Shown one piece after another: positions 27,095 through 36,799 of a stretch of DNA of 64,000 bases. Where the stretch lies: assembly GCA_017428215.1 (NCBI GenBank), contig JAFRRH010000014.1, forward strand, positions 10,112-74,111. The letters run 5' to 3'. Origin of the DNA: Selenomonadaceae bacterium. GTDB taxonomy: Bacteria > Bacillota > Negativicutes > Selenomonadales > Selenomonadaceae. How positions within the stretch are numbered: the first letter of the stretch is position 1; every line of letters starts with the position of its first letter. Both the position numbers and the translations under genes were made by a program. The notes beneath the pieces were generated by a model. That model ran no database searches, was not told the DNA's origin, and worked only from the letters and a program-made list of their open reading frames with translations.

Positions 27095-28258
27095 ATGAAA
27101 AATTTTTTCAGCGAATTAAACGACTGCGCGGCGGCGATGTTCGGCGTCAATCGTCAAGGCGTTGTGATTTTGATTTTCCTGCCGATAATTTATACGCTGC
27201 TGTTCGGCGGGCTATTTTATAAAAATTCGCTGACGAAAATCCCCGTTATAATTTGCAATCTCGACGATGGCTCGGCGGCTCAAGCTTTGGTTGAAGATTT
27301 TTTGAATACTCCCGAATTGAAAGTTATTTCGATTGAGGGCGACGCTCTTAACGAAAATTTTTTGCGCGAAGATACTGCAGAAGGTTTAATCGTTATCCCG
27401 AAAAATTTTTCAAACAAGATTGCTCGCGGCGAAAATGTCTCGATTGAACTCGTCGCGGATTATTCAAGTAGCGTGATTGGCGGAACGATTGCTCGCGTCG
27501 TTCAAAGCGTCGTTGCCACGAAAAATTTTGAAGTCTTAATCAATCGCCGAATCGCGGCGGGTTGGAATGAAACTCTCCCGAATAACCAACTTTCCTTAAG
27601 CTCGCGAATCCTCTACAATCCGACGGGCGGCTACACAGATTTTTTTTTGGCGGCGTTGATTGTTCACGGCGGACAAATCGCAACGGTTTTCGTGCTCGGT
27701 CCTTCATTGGCAATCAGAAAAAAATATCGCGGCGAAAATCTTTTCCGAAATCCCGCACGTTGTCTCGCCGCAAAAATTTTTCTCTACACGCTCTTTGAAA
27801 CGTCGGTCATGGCAATTTGCCTCGCGATAGGAATAAAATTTTTCGGAATGATTTGTCGCGGCAGTTGCTCGGAGATTTTAATTTTGGTCGCGGCTTACGT
27901 GTTTTGCGTGACGGCGTTCGGGCTACTTATGGGCGCACTCGCCCGCGAACCTCATCAAGCGATAACGTGGTCGCTGTTTTACATCATGCCGTCGGTACTC
28001 TTTGCCGGAGCAATTTGGCCGCGCACGTCAATGGACAACGTAAGTTTATTTTTATCTTACGTCATGCCGATTGGTTACGCGGCGAACGATTTGCGAAGCC
28101 TTTTCGTCAAAGGTTCGGCGGCAAGCCTCGATTTTCACATTGCGATTTTAATTTTTATGGGCGGAATATTTTTCACGGCGGCAACGTTGGCTTTGAAGTT
28201 CGGAGGAAAAAATTTTGTTGAAGATAATGCGCAGGGAACTCGATTTGCTGATTCATGA
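27095..28258 (+). CDS. ABC-2 type transporter permease (YhhJ/YbhS-like)
   Basis: One N-terminal TM, a large extracytoplasmic domain, then 5 C-terminal TMs. Confidence 0.85.
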   Translation: MKNFFSELNDCAAAMFGVNRQGVVILIFLPIIYTLLFGGLFYKNSLTKIPVIICNLDDGSAAQALVEDFLNTPELKVISIEGDALNENFLREDTAEGLIVIPKNFSNKIARGENVSIELVADYSSSVIGGTIARVVQSVVATKNFEVLINRRIAAGWNETLPNNQLSLSSRILYNPTGGYTDFFLAALIVHGGQIATVFVLGPSLAIRKKYRGENLFRNPARCLAAKIFLYTLFETSVMAICLAIGIKFFGMICRGSCSEILILVAAYVFCVTAFGLLMGALAREPHQAITWSLFYIMPSVLFAGAIWPRTSMDNVSLFLSYVMPIGYAANDLRSLFVKGSAASLDFHIAILIFMGGIFFTAATLALKFGGKNFVEDNAQGTRFADS

Positions 28259-29342
28259 GCGGCTCGCGGTTTTGATAATCTTGTTGTTCGCGGCGACGGC
28301 TTACAGTCTTTTAATCGGCAATCTTTATCGCGGCGGCATCGTGCAAAAAATTCCGGTGGCGGTTTGCGATTTGGAAGATTCGCCATTGAGCCGTGAATTG
28401 ATTCGTGCGACAGCCGAAGCCGACCAATTTAATTTTTGCGGGACGGTCTCGGACGACGCGGAGGCTGTAAAACTTTTGGAACGCGGAGAAATTGCGGCGG
28501 CTTTGATTATCCCGAATGACTTCAGCGAAAAATTTTATTGTTCGGAATCTGTGACGTTGGCTTTTCTTCAAGACGGCAGCAACACTTTGCAAGCGGGTTA
28601 TGCCTCTGCGCCAATGCAATCAATCTGCGCGGCGTTCTCGGCTGAATTCAATCAACGAGCGGCAACGGCGAATTCGACACCGGAAATTTCTCCCGCGCCC
28701 GTGACTTTGAGTTTGCGACTTCCAGCAAATCCGACGCAAAGTTATTTGGCGTTTTACATGTACGGCGTCATGTTAATGGCGGCGCAAATCGGAATGATAA
28801 TGGGCTTTTCAATGTCGATTCACGAAGATTTCCGCGCAGGATTTTTTCGGCAAGGAATTTTACTCGCGCTCGTGTCGAAAATAATTTTTTATCTCGCGTT
28901 GAGTTTGTTATCGGTTGCGCTCGGAATATTTTTCTTGACGACGTTCGGGAATTTGCCTTTTCGTGGAGACTTCGGCAACATGATTTTAATCTGCGCGGCA
29001 TTTTTATTTGCAGTCGAAGGACTCGCGGGCTTGGCGGGAATTTATTTCAAAACGAAACTCGCGCTCGTGCAAGCAATGGTTTTCTACACGTTGCCGGCTT
29101 TTTTGCTGTCGGGCTACATTTGGCCTGAAGTCGGCATGACGGAAATAATTCGTTGGGTCTCGATGTTGCAACCCGTCCACTACGTTTTGACTGACTTCAG
29201 AATTTTATCGTTGACGGGCGTCGCGCCGCAAATAAATCAACACGCCGCGGTTTTGTTTGCAATCGGCAGCGTGTCGTTCGTTTTGCTGTATGGATTTTTA
29301 TTCTTCGACGAAAGACCTTCTGTCACGTCAGAAATTTTTTAA
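28215..29342 (+). CDS. ABC-2 type transporter permease, paralog of the preceding gene (start uncertain: TTG 28215 or ATG 28227)
   Basis: Same architecture as 27095..28258. Confidence 0.83.
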   Translation: MLKIMRRELDLLIHERLAVLIILLFAATAYSLLIGNLYRGGIVQKIPVAVCDLEDSPLSRELIRATAEADQFNFCGTVSDDAEAVKLLERGEIAAALIIPNDFSEKFYCSESVTLAFLQDGSNTLQAGYASAPMQSICAAFSAEFNQRAATANSTPEISPAPVTLSLRLPANPTQSYLAFYMYGVMLMAAQIGMIMGFSMSIHEDFRAGFFRQGILLALVSKIIFYLALSLLSVALGIFFLTTFGNLPFRGDFGNMILICAAFLFAVEGLAGLAGIYFKTKLALVQAMVFYTLPAFLLSGYIWPEVGMTEIIRWVSMLQPVHYVLTDFRILSLTGVAPQINQHAAVLFAIGSVSFVLLYGFLFFDERPSVTSEIF

Positions 29343-29527
29343 AACTCTGTTCAAAAAGTCAACGATGCATGATAAGGAAAGGCGGAGTGTTCTTGCTGAT
29401 GTGAGTTATCGGATTGAAATCGCGAGCGGTTTCGAGCGTATCAAGACGCCGCGAAATTTACCATGAATCGCGCCACCGACAAGGTAAGCTGTACCGTTCA
29501 GCTCGTGAATTTTTTTTTGCAAATTCT
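29341..29527 (-). pseudogene. chimeric gene-fragment scar: esterase 3' end + esterase internal piece + cca 5' piece
   Basis: 29341..29369 matches 31329..31356. 29366..29446 matches 31503..31583. 29447..29527 matches 25164..25243. All in the same orientation as the intact genes. Confidence 0.75.
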
Positions 29528-29530
29528 AAT

Positions 29531-31309
29531 TCAGTCATAATCAGCTGCAAAAAACCTATTAAACCTTTCGTTAAGACTCGTAACAAGATCTTCAAGTTGC
29601 TCGATTTGTTTTTGTTGTTCGGACAGCTTTTGAGTTAACGGGGCAATTAATTTTTCTTGGGAGGTGGTTTCGTTAAATTTCTTTACGGCACCTTCAAGTT
29701 CTTCGATTCGTTTTTGCTGTTCGGACAGTTTTTGGGTCAAAGGAGCAATCAATTTTTCTTGAGACGTGGTCTCGTTAAATTTTTTCACGGAACCTTCAAG
29801 TTGCTCAATTCGTTTCTGTTGCCCCGATACCGTTTGACTTAAAGAGTTAATCGACTTTTCTTGGGACATCGTAGCATTACCCAAATCCCGCAAATATTGT
29901 TCCTTTTCCAAAATGTCAACTTCCGCTATTGTATGAATCGAACGAAGTTTTGGGGTAGAGAACAAAATTTCATAAAGATTTTCAAAAAATTTTTCGTCGT
30001 CATGGAGTGCCAAAATTCGGCGATAGTTATCTTCAGAAACGTATTTACTAAAGTCTGTCAACCCGTTTCCATTAGAATAATATTTCAGGCGGTTGTTAAC
30101 ATAGAAATGACATTCATCGAAATCTTTTTTATCAAGTATGGTATTTATTATGCTAAACATCGTCAGGCGGACATTAAAAGGCCAGCGGTGAGAAATTAAC
30201 TCATGCTTCATAAGTTCATAATCAACGGGAATTATTTTCCCGTCTTCTTTGTAGACAAAATTCCAAGGCTGTAAGTCTGTTTGATAGTAGCCATGTTTCT
30301 CAAGGAAAATTAGCCAACGCAATATTTGTTCAACAATATTCCACCTAGCTGATTCTTCATTGATTGTAGAGACTTTTTCAGACAATAAATTCCCCAATGG
30401 AAGCCCTTTTATATTGTCACGAATTATAAATGTCCACTTACCTGTTTCATCATCTTCTTGTATAGTGGCGTGCAGTCTTGGCAAACCGTTTTTCCCGCCG
30501 AGTTCTTGTAAAAATTTGATTTCGTTTTGAACCATTTCAAAAGCTCTTTGACTTGAAGCATTGACGATTTTTATAAATTTGTCGCCAGATTGAAAGTGTT
30601 TTTTATTTCCACCCATTACATGGTCGATTTTTAAGATTCCAAACTCGTCGAAGTGCGCATATTTTTTACTGGCAAAAAGGAGCGGGCGTTGGGAATTCTT
30701 CATGTTGCGCCAGTTGCAGTACTTCAGCACGCGAACAAAGAAATAACCTTTTAAATAATCTCGATAATTGGCTGGTAATTTAAGGTCTGGAAATTCTGCG
30801 GCTCGCGCAAGTTCAAACAATCCGACAGGGATTTTTTCTGCCAAATCAGTTAACAGTTTTTGCACATTTTGAAAACCGCTTTGTTGGGTGGCCCAATGCA
30901 ACATGGAGAAACACAAAACTAAGTCGTACTCGCCCTCTTTAATGGACGGGATAAATTTTTGAATGTTCTCCTGAACAAACTTAATTTTAAAGTCTGGGTG
31001 CTCGCTCGCCAAGAGGTTGCAGATTTCCACAAATTGCTTTGAAGAATCAACACCAACAACTACCCCCCCCCATTTACAGATATGGAAGCCGAAGTAACCA
31101 TAGCAAGCTCTCAAATCCAAGACGCGCAGGGGACGTTGCAATTTTGCGCTCAATTCGTCGTAAATTTTTTTGACTTCAGGCAACCGCTCTTGGCAATCTC
31201 TTTGAGCTTTTTGATCCCACTCGCTGTGCCCGTAAATTGGCTGATAAATTCCTGGCAGTGCATTTACCAGCTCATTGAGTTTTGGATTAATCTCTGACAA
31301 ATTTATCAC
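29531..31309 (-). CDS. WbdD-like bifunctional SAM methyltransferase / kinase-fold protein with C-terminal coiled coil
   Basis: Methyltransferase motif I VLDLRACYGYFG. Kinase-like YYQTDLQPWNFVY...IPVDYE. C-terminal heptad repeats. Confidence 0.65.
   Translation of the reverse strand: MINLSEINPKLNELVNALPGIYQPIYGHSEWDQKAQRDCQERLPEVKKIYDELSAKLQRPLRVLDLRACYGYFGFHICKWGGVVVGVDSSKQFVEICNLLASEHPDFKIKFVQENIQKFIPSIKEGEYDLVLCFSMLHWATQQSGFQNVQKLLTDLAEKIPVGLFELARAAEFPDLKLPANYRDYLKGYFFVRVLKYCNWRNMKNSQRPLLFASKKYAHFDEFGILKIDHVMGGNKKHFQSGDKFIKIVNASSQRAFEMVQNEIKFLQELGGKNGLPRLHATIQEDDETGKWTFIIRDNIKGLPLGNLLSEKVSTINEESARWNIVEQILRWLIFLEKHGYYQTDLQPWNFVYKEDGKIIPVDYELMKHELISHRWPFNVRLTMFSIINTILDKKDFDECHFYVNNRLKYYSNGNGLTDFSKYVSEDNYRRILALHDDEKFFENLYEILFSTPKLRSIHTIAEVDILEKEQYLRDLGNATMSQEKSINSLSQTVSGQQKRIEQLEGSVKKFNETTSQEKLIAPLTQKLSEQQKRIEELEGAVKKFNETTSQEKLIAPLTQKLSEQQKQIEQLEDLVTSLNERFNRFFAADYD
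29590..29870 (-). repeat. 2.8 tandem copies of a 102-bp (34-aa) repeat encoding the coiled-coil tail
   Basis: Units start at 29590, 29692 and 29794 (CTTCAAGTT...). Protein repeat: SQEKLIAPLTQKLSEQQKRIEELEGAVKKFNETT. Confidence 0.9.
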
Positions 31310-31321
31310 TCCTTTAATTTT

Positions 31322-32272
31322 TTAACGTAAAACCCTGTTCAAAAAGTCAACGATGATTCCGAAAGCTTTCGGCTGATAAAAATGCGCCGCGTTGTGTTCG
31401 CCGCCGTTGACGACATAATAATCAACGTCGACGCCATTTTTAATCAGCGCGTCATAAAAAATTTTTGATTGGCTCGGCGAAACGGTTGTATCTGCGTTGC
31501 CGTGCATAATAAGGAAAGGCGGGGTGTTCTTGCTGATGTGAGTTATCGGATTGGAATCGCGAGCGGTTTCGGGCGTGTCGAGAATACTTCCGCCGCGATT
31601 GCCTTTGTAACAGGGCACGCCGTTGACAAACAGCGACGGAGGTCCGCCGGGCGAGTAGTAAAGTTTCTGCGTATCCTTAGAAAAATCTGCGGCGATTTTC
31701 GTCAGGTCAGTCGGTCCAAAAATATCAACGACGGCTTGAACTTCGCTACTTTGGTCGAGGTTGTCGCCGAAGTCAAATTTTTGCTCGCCACCCGTGACGC
31801 CGACCATCGAGGCGAGATAACCGCCTGCCGACATTCCCACGATTGCGATTTTATTTTTGTCAATGTTGAATTTGTCGGCATTTGCGCGAAGCCAGCGAAT
31901 CGCCGCTTTCACGTCGCCGATTGACTCAATGTAATTGACCGTGCCGATGGTTCGATATTCGATTGACGCCGCGACGAAACCCGCTTGCGCCAACTGATAA
32001 CCAATTTGCGTTCCCGCAACTTTCGGAGCCGTCAGCCACCAACCGCCCGGCGCAAATATCACAGCGGGAACTTTTCCCTTGACGGCGGGTCTGAAAATAT
32101 CCATTTGCAAACGACTTTCAGGCCACGTGAAATATTGCGCGAAAGTCACGTTCTGATGAAGACCGATTTCCGGCACGCTTGATTCAACTTCAATAACTCC
32201 GCTTTTCGCCGCGCAGGTTGAAGTTACAAACATAACCGCCGCAATTATCGCGACCAAAAATTTTTTAAACAT
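31322..32272 (-). CDS. secreted alpha/beta-hydrolase (esterase/lipase family)
   Basis: Signal peptide, HGGG-like oxyanion region (FAPGGWW), nucleophile elbow GMSAGG, and a C-terminal GGEH segment likely carrying the catalytic His. Confidence 0.85.
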   Translation of the reverse strand: MFKKFLVAIIAAVMFVTSTCAAKSGVIEVESSVPEIGLHQNVTFAQYFTWPESRLQMDIFRPAVKGKVPAVIFAPGGWWLTAPKVAGTQIGYQLAQAGFVAASIEYRTIGTVNYIESIGDVKAAIRWLRANADKFNIDKNKIAIVGMSAGGYLASMVGVTGGEQKFDFGDNLDQSSEVQAVVDIFGPTDLTKIAADFSKDTQKLYYSPGGPPSLFVNGVPCYKGNRGGSILDTPETARDSNPITHISKNTPPFLIMHGNADTTVSPSQSKIFYDALIKNGVDVDYYVVNGGEHNAAHFYQPKAFGIIVDFLNRVLR

Positions 32273-32275
32273 AAT

Positions 32276-33778
32276 TCAATCTCCTATTCTGTCACGCAAA
32301 ATTACATCGTGACTACCACCCTCAACAATGCTTGTTGACGAGACCAAAGTTATCTTAGCCTTATCGCGCAGTTCAGCCAAAGTCAACGCACCGCAGTTGC
32401 ACATCGTCGAACGAATTTTTGACAGCGTACTTGCCATGTTGTCTTTAAGCGAGCCGGCGTAAGGAACGTAAGAATCAACGCCTTCCTCGAAAGAAAGTTT
32501 TTTGTCGCCGCCCACGTCGTAGCGTTGCCAGTTGCGAGCGCGGTTGGAACCTTCGCCCCAATATTCCTTATAATAAGTTCCGTTGATTCTAATTTTATCG
32601 GTCGGGCTTTCGTCGAAGCGCGAAAAATATCTGCCGAGCATGAGAAAATCCGCGCCCATAGCTAAAGCAAGCGTCATGTGATAATCGTGAACAATACCGC
32701 CGTCAGAGCATACGGGAATATAAACGCCCTTTTCCTTAAAATATTCGTCACGAGCGCGGCAAACGTCAATAACCGCCGTCGCTTGTCCGCGCCCAATGCC
32801 TTTAGTCTCACGGGTTATGCAGATTGAACCGCCGCCAATACCGACTTTAACAAAATCTGCGCCCGCGTCCGCCAAAAATCTGAAGCCTTCCGCATCAACG
32901 ACATTGCCCGCACCAACTTTTACTTCCTCGCCAAAAGTTTTATGGATATATTCCAGCGTAATTTTCTGCCACTCGCTGAAACCTTCCGAGCTGTCGATAC
33001 ATAAAACGTCCGCACCAGCTTTTAGCAATGCAGGAACTCTCTCCGCGTAATCACGAGTATTAATGCCCGCGCCGACAACATAACGTTTTCTGCGGTCGAT
33101 AAGTTCAAGCGGATTAGTTTTGTTGTCAGTGTAATCTTTGCGGAAAACCATGTAGCGAAGGCGTTGTTTCTTGTCGACGAGCGGCAACATATTAAGTTTA
33201 TGTTCCCAAATTAAATCATTAGCTTTAGGGAGTGTCGTCGTATCGGCGTCAGCGTAAATTAATTTCTCAAATGGCGTCATGAAGTCTTTAACAAGTTCGT
33301 CGCCGGTCATGCGCGAGATTCGATAGTCGCGGCTTGTCACAATTCCAAGTAATTTGCCTGTTGGCTTGCCGTCGTCAGTCACAGCCATTGTCGAATGTCC
33401 AGTTTCCTTGAGCAATTCCAACATTTCGCGGAGTGTCGTCGTTGGCTTAAGATTTGAATCACTCGACACGAAACCAGACTTGTAATTTTTGACGCGGGCA
33501 ACCATAGCTGCCTGTTCTTTAATCGGTTGCGAGCCGAAGATAAACGAGACGCCGCCTTCTTTTGCAAGCGCGATTGCCATTGTGTCGTTGGAAACCGACT
33601 GCATAATTGCTGAAGTCATCGGAATGTTGATAAGAAATTTGCACTGTTCACCGCGACGAAATTTTACCAGCGGCGTAGACAAGTCAACGTTCGCGGGGAT
33701 GCAATCTTTTGACGAGTAGCCCGGTACGAGTAAATACTCTCCAAATGTGTGTGATAATTCCTGATAATAAAATGCCAA
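32276..33778 (-). CDS. guaB: IMP dehydrogenase family protein with CBS pair
   Basis: GSICITRE catalytic loop and GGIxxxGH region. TTG start after GGGAGGG gives [20 protein letters not shown]. Confidence 0.9.
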   Translation of the reverse strand: MAFYYQELSHTFGEYLLVPGYSSKDCIPANVDLSTPLVKFRRGEQCKFLINIPMTSAIMQSVSNDTMAIALAKEGGVSFIFGSQPIKEQAAMVARVKNYKSGFVSSDSNLKPTTTLREMLELLKETGHSTMAVTDDGKPTGKLLGIVTSRDYRISRMTGDELVKDFMTPFEKLIYADADTTTLPKANDLIWEHKLNMLPLVDKKQRLRYMVFRKDYTDNKTNPLELIDRRKRYVVGAGINTRDYAERVPALLKAGADVLCIDSSEGFSEWQKITLEYIHKTFGEEVKVGAGNVVDAEGFRFLADAGADFVKVGIGGGSICITRETKGIGRGQATAVIDVCRARDEYFKEKGVYIPVCSDGGIVHDYHMTLALAMGADFLMLGRYFSRFDESPTDKIRINGTYYKEYWGEGSNRARNWQRYDVGGDKKLSFEEGVDSYVPYAGSLKDNMASTLSKIRSTMCNCGALTLAELRDKAKITLVSSTSIVEGGSHDVILRDRIGD

Positions 33779-34098
33779 TTCAATCCCTCCCGAAAATAAT
33801 AAATATAAATGCAATATTTTAGTGTTATGTTTTTCTGCAAATTTTTATTGCAGATAGCAAACATAATCAATAATATTTTTTGTAAAAGCTATTTCTACAG
33901 TAATTTTCTTAATCATTCGTCAAGTATTGTAGGCGTTAAATCCTGAACCTTCACCTAAATTTGGAATAATGTGATTTTGGAAATGGAATTTATATGTTTG
34001 AATCAAAGTTGACTTGACGTTCGCCGTAACGACTTCATTAACCATTTTAATCACAAATTTTTTTTCATGATAGCACAAGCAAACAATTTTGACAATAA

Positions 34099-34439
34099 CA
34101 GAAAGCGTCGGCGGGGGGAAATTGGGAGCTGAACTGCGACGGAGAAAAAATAAAAGTCCTGCACGTTTACATTTTGGAAGAATGCGAACGACAGAGCCTT
34201 ACCTGTCAAGAATTTAACAGGTTGCGCTATTTGCTTGAAAAAAGTGATTCAAATCGCGGCAAAACAATCCTAACTTTGCTGATACTTACTATAATCGTGC
34301 AGTGGCTTATTACGGTCAAGGAAATTTATCCTGTGCTCTACTAGATGTGAGCAAAGCAAGCACTTTGAATCCGAATGACTCCGCTACAAAAATTTTAAAA
34401 AGTTTTTATGAAAGTCTTATTCAGAGTTCCTCTCGCTAA
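34099..34439 (+). pseudogene. remnant of a TPR-repeat gene (no start codon, one frameshift)
   Basis: Canonical TPR PNFADTYYNRAVAYYGQGNLSCALLDVSKASTLNPND in one frame. The upstream open frame (…LLEKSDSNRGK) lies in another. They join near the A4 run at 34261. Confidence 0.5.
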
Positions 34440-34658
34440 AGAACCTTTGTCCGTCTTGAAGACGATATTAGAGCCGTTTAGAGTTAAGCGAAATTTTATC
34501 GTTAAAGGTATTATTTTACAGCTGATAATAAAAAAAGATGACAATCACTAGATGAATGCCATCTTTTTTACTGCAAGAGTAATTGAAAGTCAATGGCGGC
34601 TTACTCCTTATTTGATAATACCTAGAGTAAGTTCTGAATTTCCACCCCAAATAGATTT

Positions 34659-34692
34659 ATGATTAACCTTATGAAAAATATGGTTGATAAAT
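34659..34692 (+). promoter_or_regulatory. candidate BirA operator upstream of bioY
   Basis: ATGATTAACC, N13, GGTTGATAAAT. This is an imperfect inverted repeat resembling the Firmicute bioO half-site TGTTAACC. Confidence 0.3.
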
Positions 34693-34738
34693 AAAATTGC
34701 GCCGTGTATCTTAACCTAGAATTCTGAACTTTAAGGAG

Positions 34739-35293
34739 ATGTTTGGCTTGAAATTAAAAAGTCGAGAGTTAGTCTTTGCGGGGTTATTTGCGGCACTAAT
34801 CACGCTCGGAACTTTTATAAGAATACCGATTGGCGCAGATTTCTACACGTTGCAATTTTTGTTCACGTTGCTGGCGGGCTTGGTGCTCGGAGAAAAGCTT
34901 GGAGCGTTTGCAGTCGGCATGTATGTTTTAATGGGGCTGATCGGACTGCCCGTATTTGCTTCAGGTGGCGGAATAGCTTATCTTTTTAAGCCGACTTTCG
35001 GATATTTGGCGGGATTTATAATTCAAGCTTGGTTCTGCGGAAGATTTTCGCGAAATTTATCGGACGTAAACTTCAAAAATATTCTCTGTGTGAATTTAAT
35101 CGGCATGTTGATAGTTTATGTAATCGGCATGAGCTGGATGTATATTGTTTCCAATTACGTACTTGACGCGCCGTTGACATTGTGGGTATTATTTATTGAT
35201 AGTTTTGTACTGCAAGTATTGCCCGACGGCTTTTTATGTGTTTTGGCGGCAATATTGGCTTTGCGTCTCAAAAAAGCTAGGATATGGTTTTAA
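34739..35293 (+). CDS. bioY: biotin transporter S-component BioY (start may be TTG 34748)
   Basis: Six-TM profile with the GLIGLPVFASGGG and KPTFGYLAGF motifs. Confidence 0.9.
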   Translation: MFGLKLKSRELVFAGLFAALITLGTFIRIPIGADFYTLQFLFTLLAGLVLGEKLGAFAVGMYVLMGLIGLPVFASGGGIAYLFKPTFGYLAGFIIQAWFCGRFSRNLSDVNFKNILCVNLIGMLIVYVIGMSWMYIVSNYVLDAPLTLWVLFIDSFVLQVLPDGFLCVLAAILALRLKKARIWF

Positions 35294-35946
35294 TGGGCAA
35301 ATGTATTTTTGTAACAGGAACTGGAACTGACATAGGAAAAACTTATGTAACGGCTCTGATTGTAAAAAAATTGCGCGAAATGGGAATTTCGGCAGGTTAT
35401 TATAAATTTGCGGCGTCGGGAGGAGAAATTGATAATATTCCTTCCGATGCTTGGCACGTAAAAAGCGTTGCAAACCTTCCAGACGGAAAATTTGTATCGT
35501 ATTCGTACAGAGAAACCTTATCTCCACACTTGGCGGCGAAGTTAGAAAATCGCCCAATAGAAATTTCCGTGCTTAAAAAAGATTTTAATGCGGCGCAGAA
35601 TAATTTTGATTTTCTCGTTGTTGAGGGTAGCGGCGGGATAATTTGTCCTTTACGTTGGGATAACGAGCAAATTATTTTAAGCGACGTTGTAAAAAAATTT
35701 AATTTGCCGACGATAATCGTTGCTGATTCGGGACTGGGCACGATAAACGCTACAGTTTTGACCGTAGAACATTTGCGGGCGAAAAATATTCCGATAAAAG
35801 GCATAATCCTAAATCGCTTTGATGAGAATCGTTTAATTGACGTTGACAACGCAAAAATGATAGTTGAAATGACCAATTTGCCAATAATCGCTAAAGTTCC
35901 TGTGGACGCTTCAGAAATTGAAATCGAAACGAACTTGACAATATGA
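35293..35946 (+). CDS. bioD: dethiobiotin synthase
   Basis: FVTGTGTDIGKT P-loop. TAATG overlap with bioY. Confidence 0.9.
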   Translation: MGKCIFVTGTGTDIGKTYVTALIVKKLREMGISAGYYKFAASGGEIDNIPSDAWHVKSVANLPDGKFVSYSYRETLSPHLAAKLENRPIEISVLKKDFNAAQNNFDFLVVEGSGGIICPLRWDNEQIILSDVVKKFNLPTIIVADSGLGTINATVLTVEHLRAKNIPIKGIILNRFDENRLIDVDNAKMIVEMTNLPIIAKVPVDASEIEIETNLTI

Positions 35947-35986
35947 GCTTTAACGATTATTTTTGCAGAAAACGGAGGCTTTGAAT

Positions 35987-36799
35987 TTGCTTTACTTATG
36001 CGCGACGCCTATTGGCAACTTGGAAGACATGACATTTCGGGCGATAAGAATTTTGCGCGAGGTGGATTTAATTGCGGCGGAAGATACTCGACGGACGCGA
36101 AAACTATTAACGCACTTCGACATACATACGCCGATGATTAGGTTTGATGAAAATTGCAAGTCAAGCGTTGCCGAAAAAATTTTGCAAAGACTTCAAGCGG
36201 GCGAATCAGTTGCCGTCGTGAGTGACGCGGGATTACCGGCAATTTCGGATCCTGGCGCAGATTTGGTAAGGCTTGCAATCGACAACGGAATAAGTGTTTG
36301 TCCGATACCTGGCGCGAATGCGGCATTGAGTGCATTAATCTGTTCGGGGCTTGATACGACGAAATTTTTATTCGCTGGCTTCGCACCTAAGACGAAAAAA
36401 AATCGCCGTGAATTTTTAGAAAAGCTTTCTACGGTTGAGGCGACAATAATTTTTTACGAGGCACCGCACCGATTGAAAAATTTTTTAGCGGAGCTGGCAG
36501 AAGTTTTCGGGGAGCGGCAAGCAGTTTTAGCAAGGGAATTAACTAAAGTTCACGAAGAATTTCTGCGCGGAAGCATTTCGGAGCTAATAAAAAATATTGA
36601 CGAGCCGCGTGGAGAATTCGTCGTTGTAGTGGAAGGCAACAAAAATTTTCAGCCGATTGAAGAAAATCCGTTAGAATTCTACGAAAAACTTTTGGAGCAG
36701 GGACTGGATAAAAAATCTGCTATGCGCGAAGCGGCTAAAAAATTTAATGTAAGCCGTCGCGAAATTTATAACACATTGCTTAAGGAGGACACTAAATGA
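35987..36799 (+). CDS. rsmI: 16S rRNA (cytidine1402-2'-O)-methyltransferase
   Basis: LYLCATPIGNLEDMT. TTG 8 nt after GGAGG (the ORF-track start at 35963 is also possible). Confidence 0.9.
   Translation: MLYLCATPIGNLEDMTFRAIRILREVDLIAAEDTRRTRKLLTHFDIHTPMIRFDENCKSSVAEKILQRLQAGESVAVVSDAGLPAISDPGADLVRLAIDNGISVCPIPGANAALSALICSGLDTTKFLFAGFAPKTKKNRREFLEKLSTVEATIIFYEAPHRLKNFLAELAEVFGERQAVLARELTKVHEEFLRGSISELIKNIDEPRGEFVVVVEGNKNFQPIEENPLEFYEKLLEQGLDKKSAMREAAKKFNVSRREIYNTLLKEDTK

Noticed and set aside
29590-29870. Regular 102-bp direct repeats that could be taken for a CRISPR-like or satellite array
   Set aside because: The repeats are contiguous with no spacers. They lie in frame inside a long ORF and encode a heptad-rich coiled coil.
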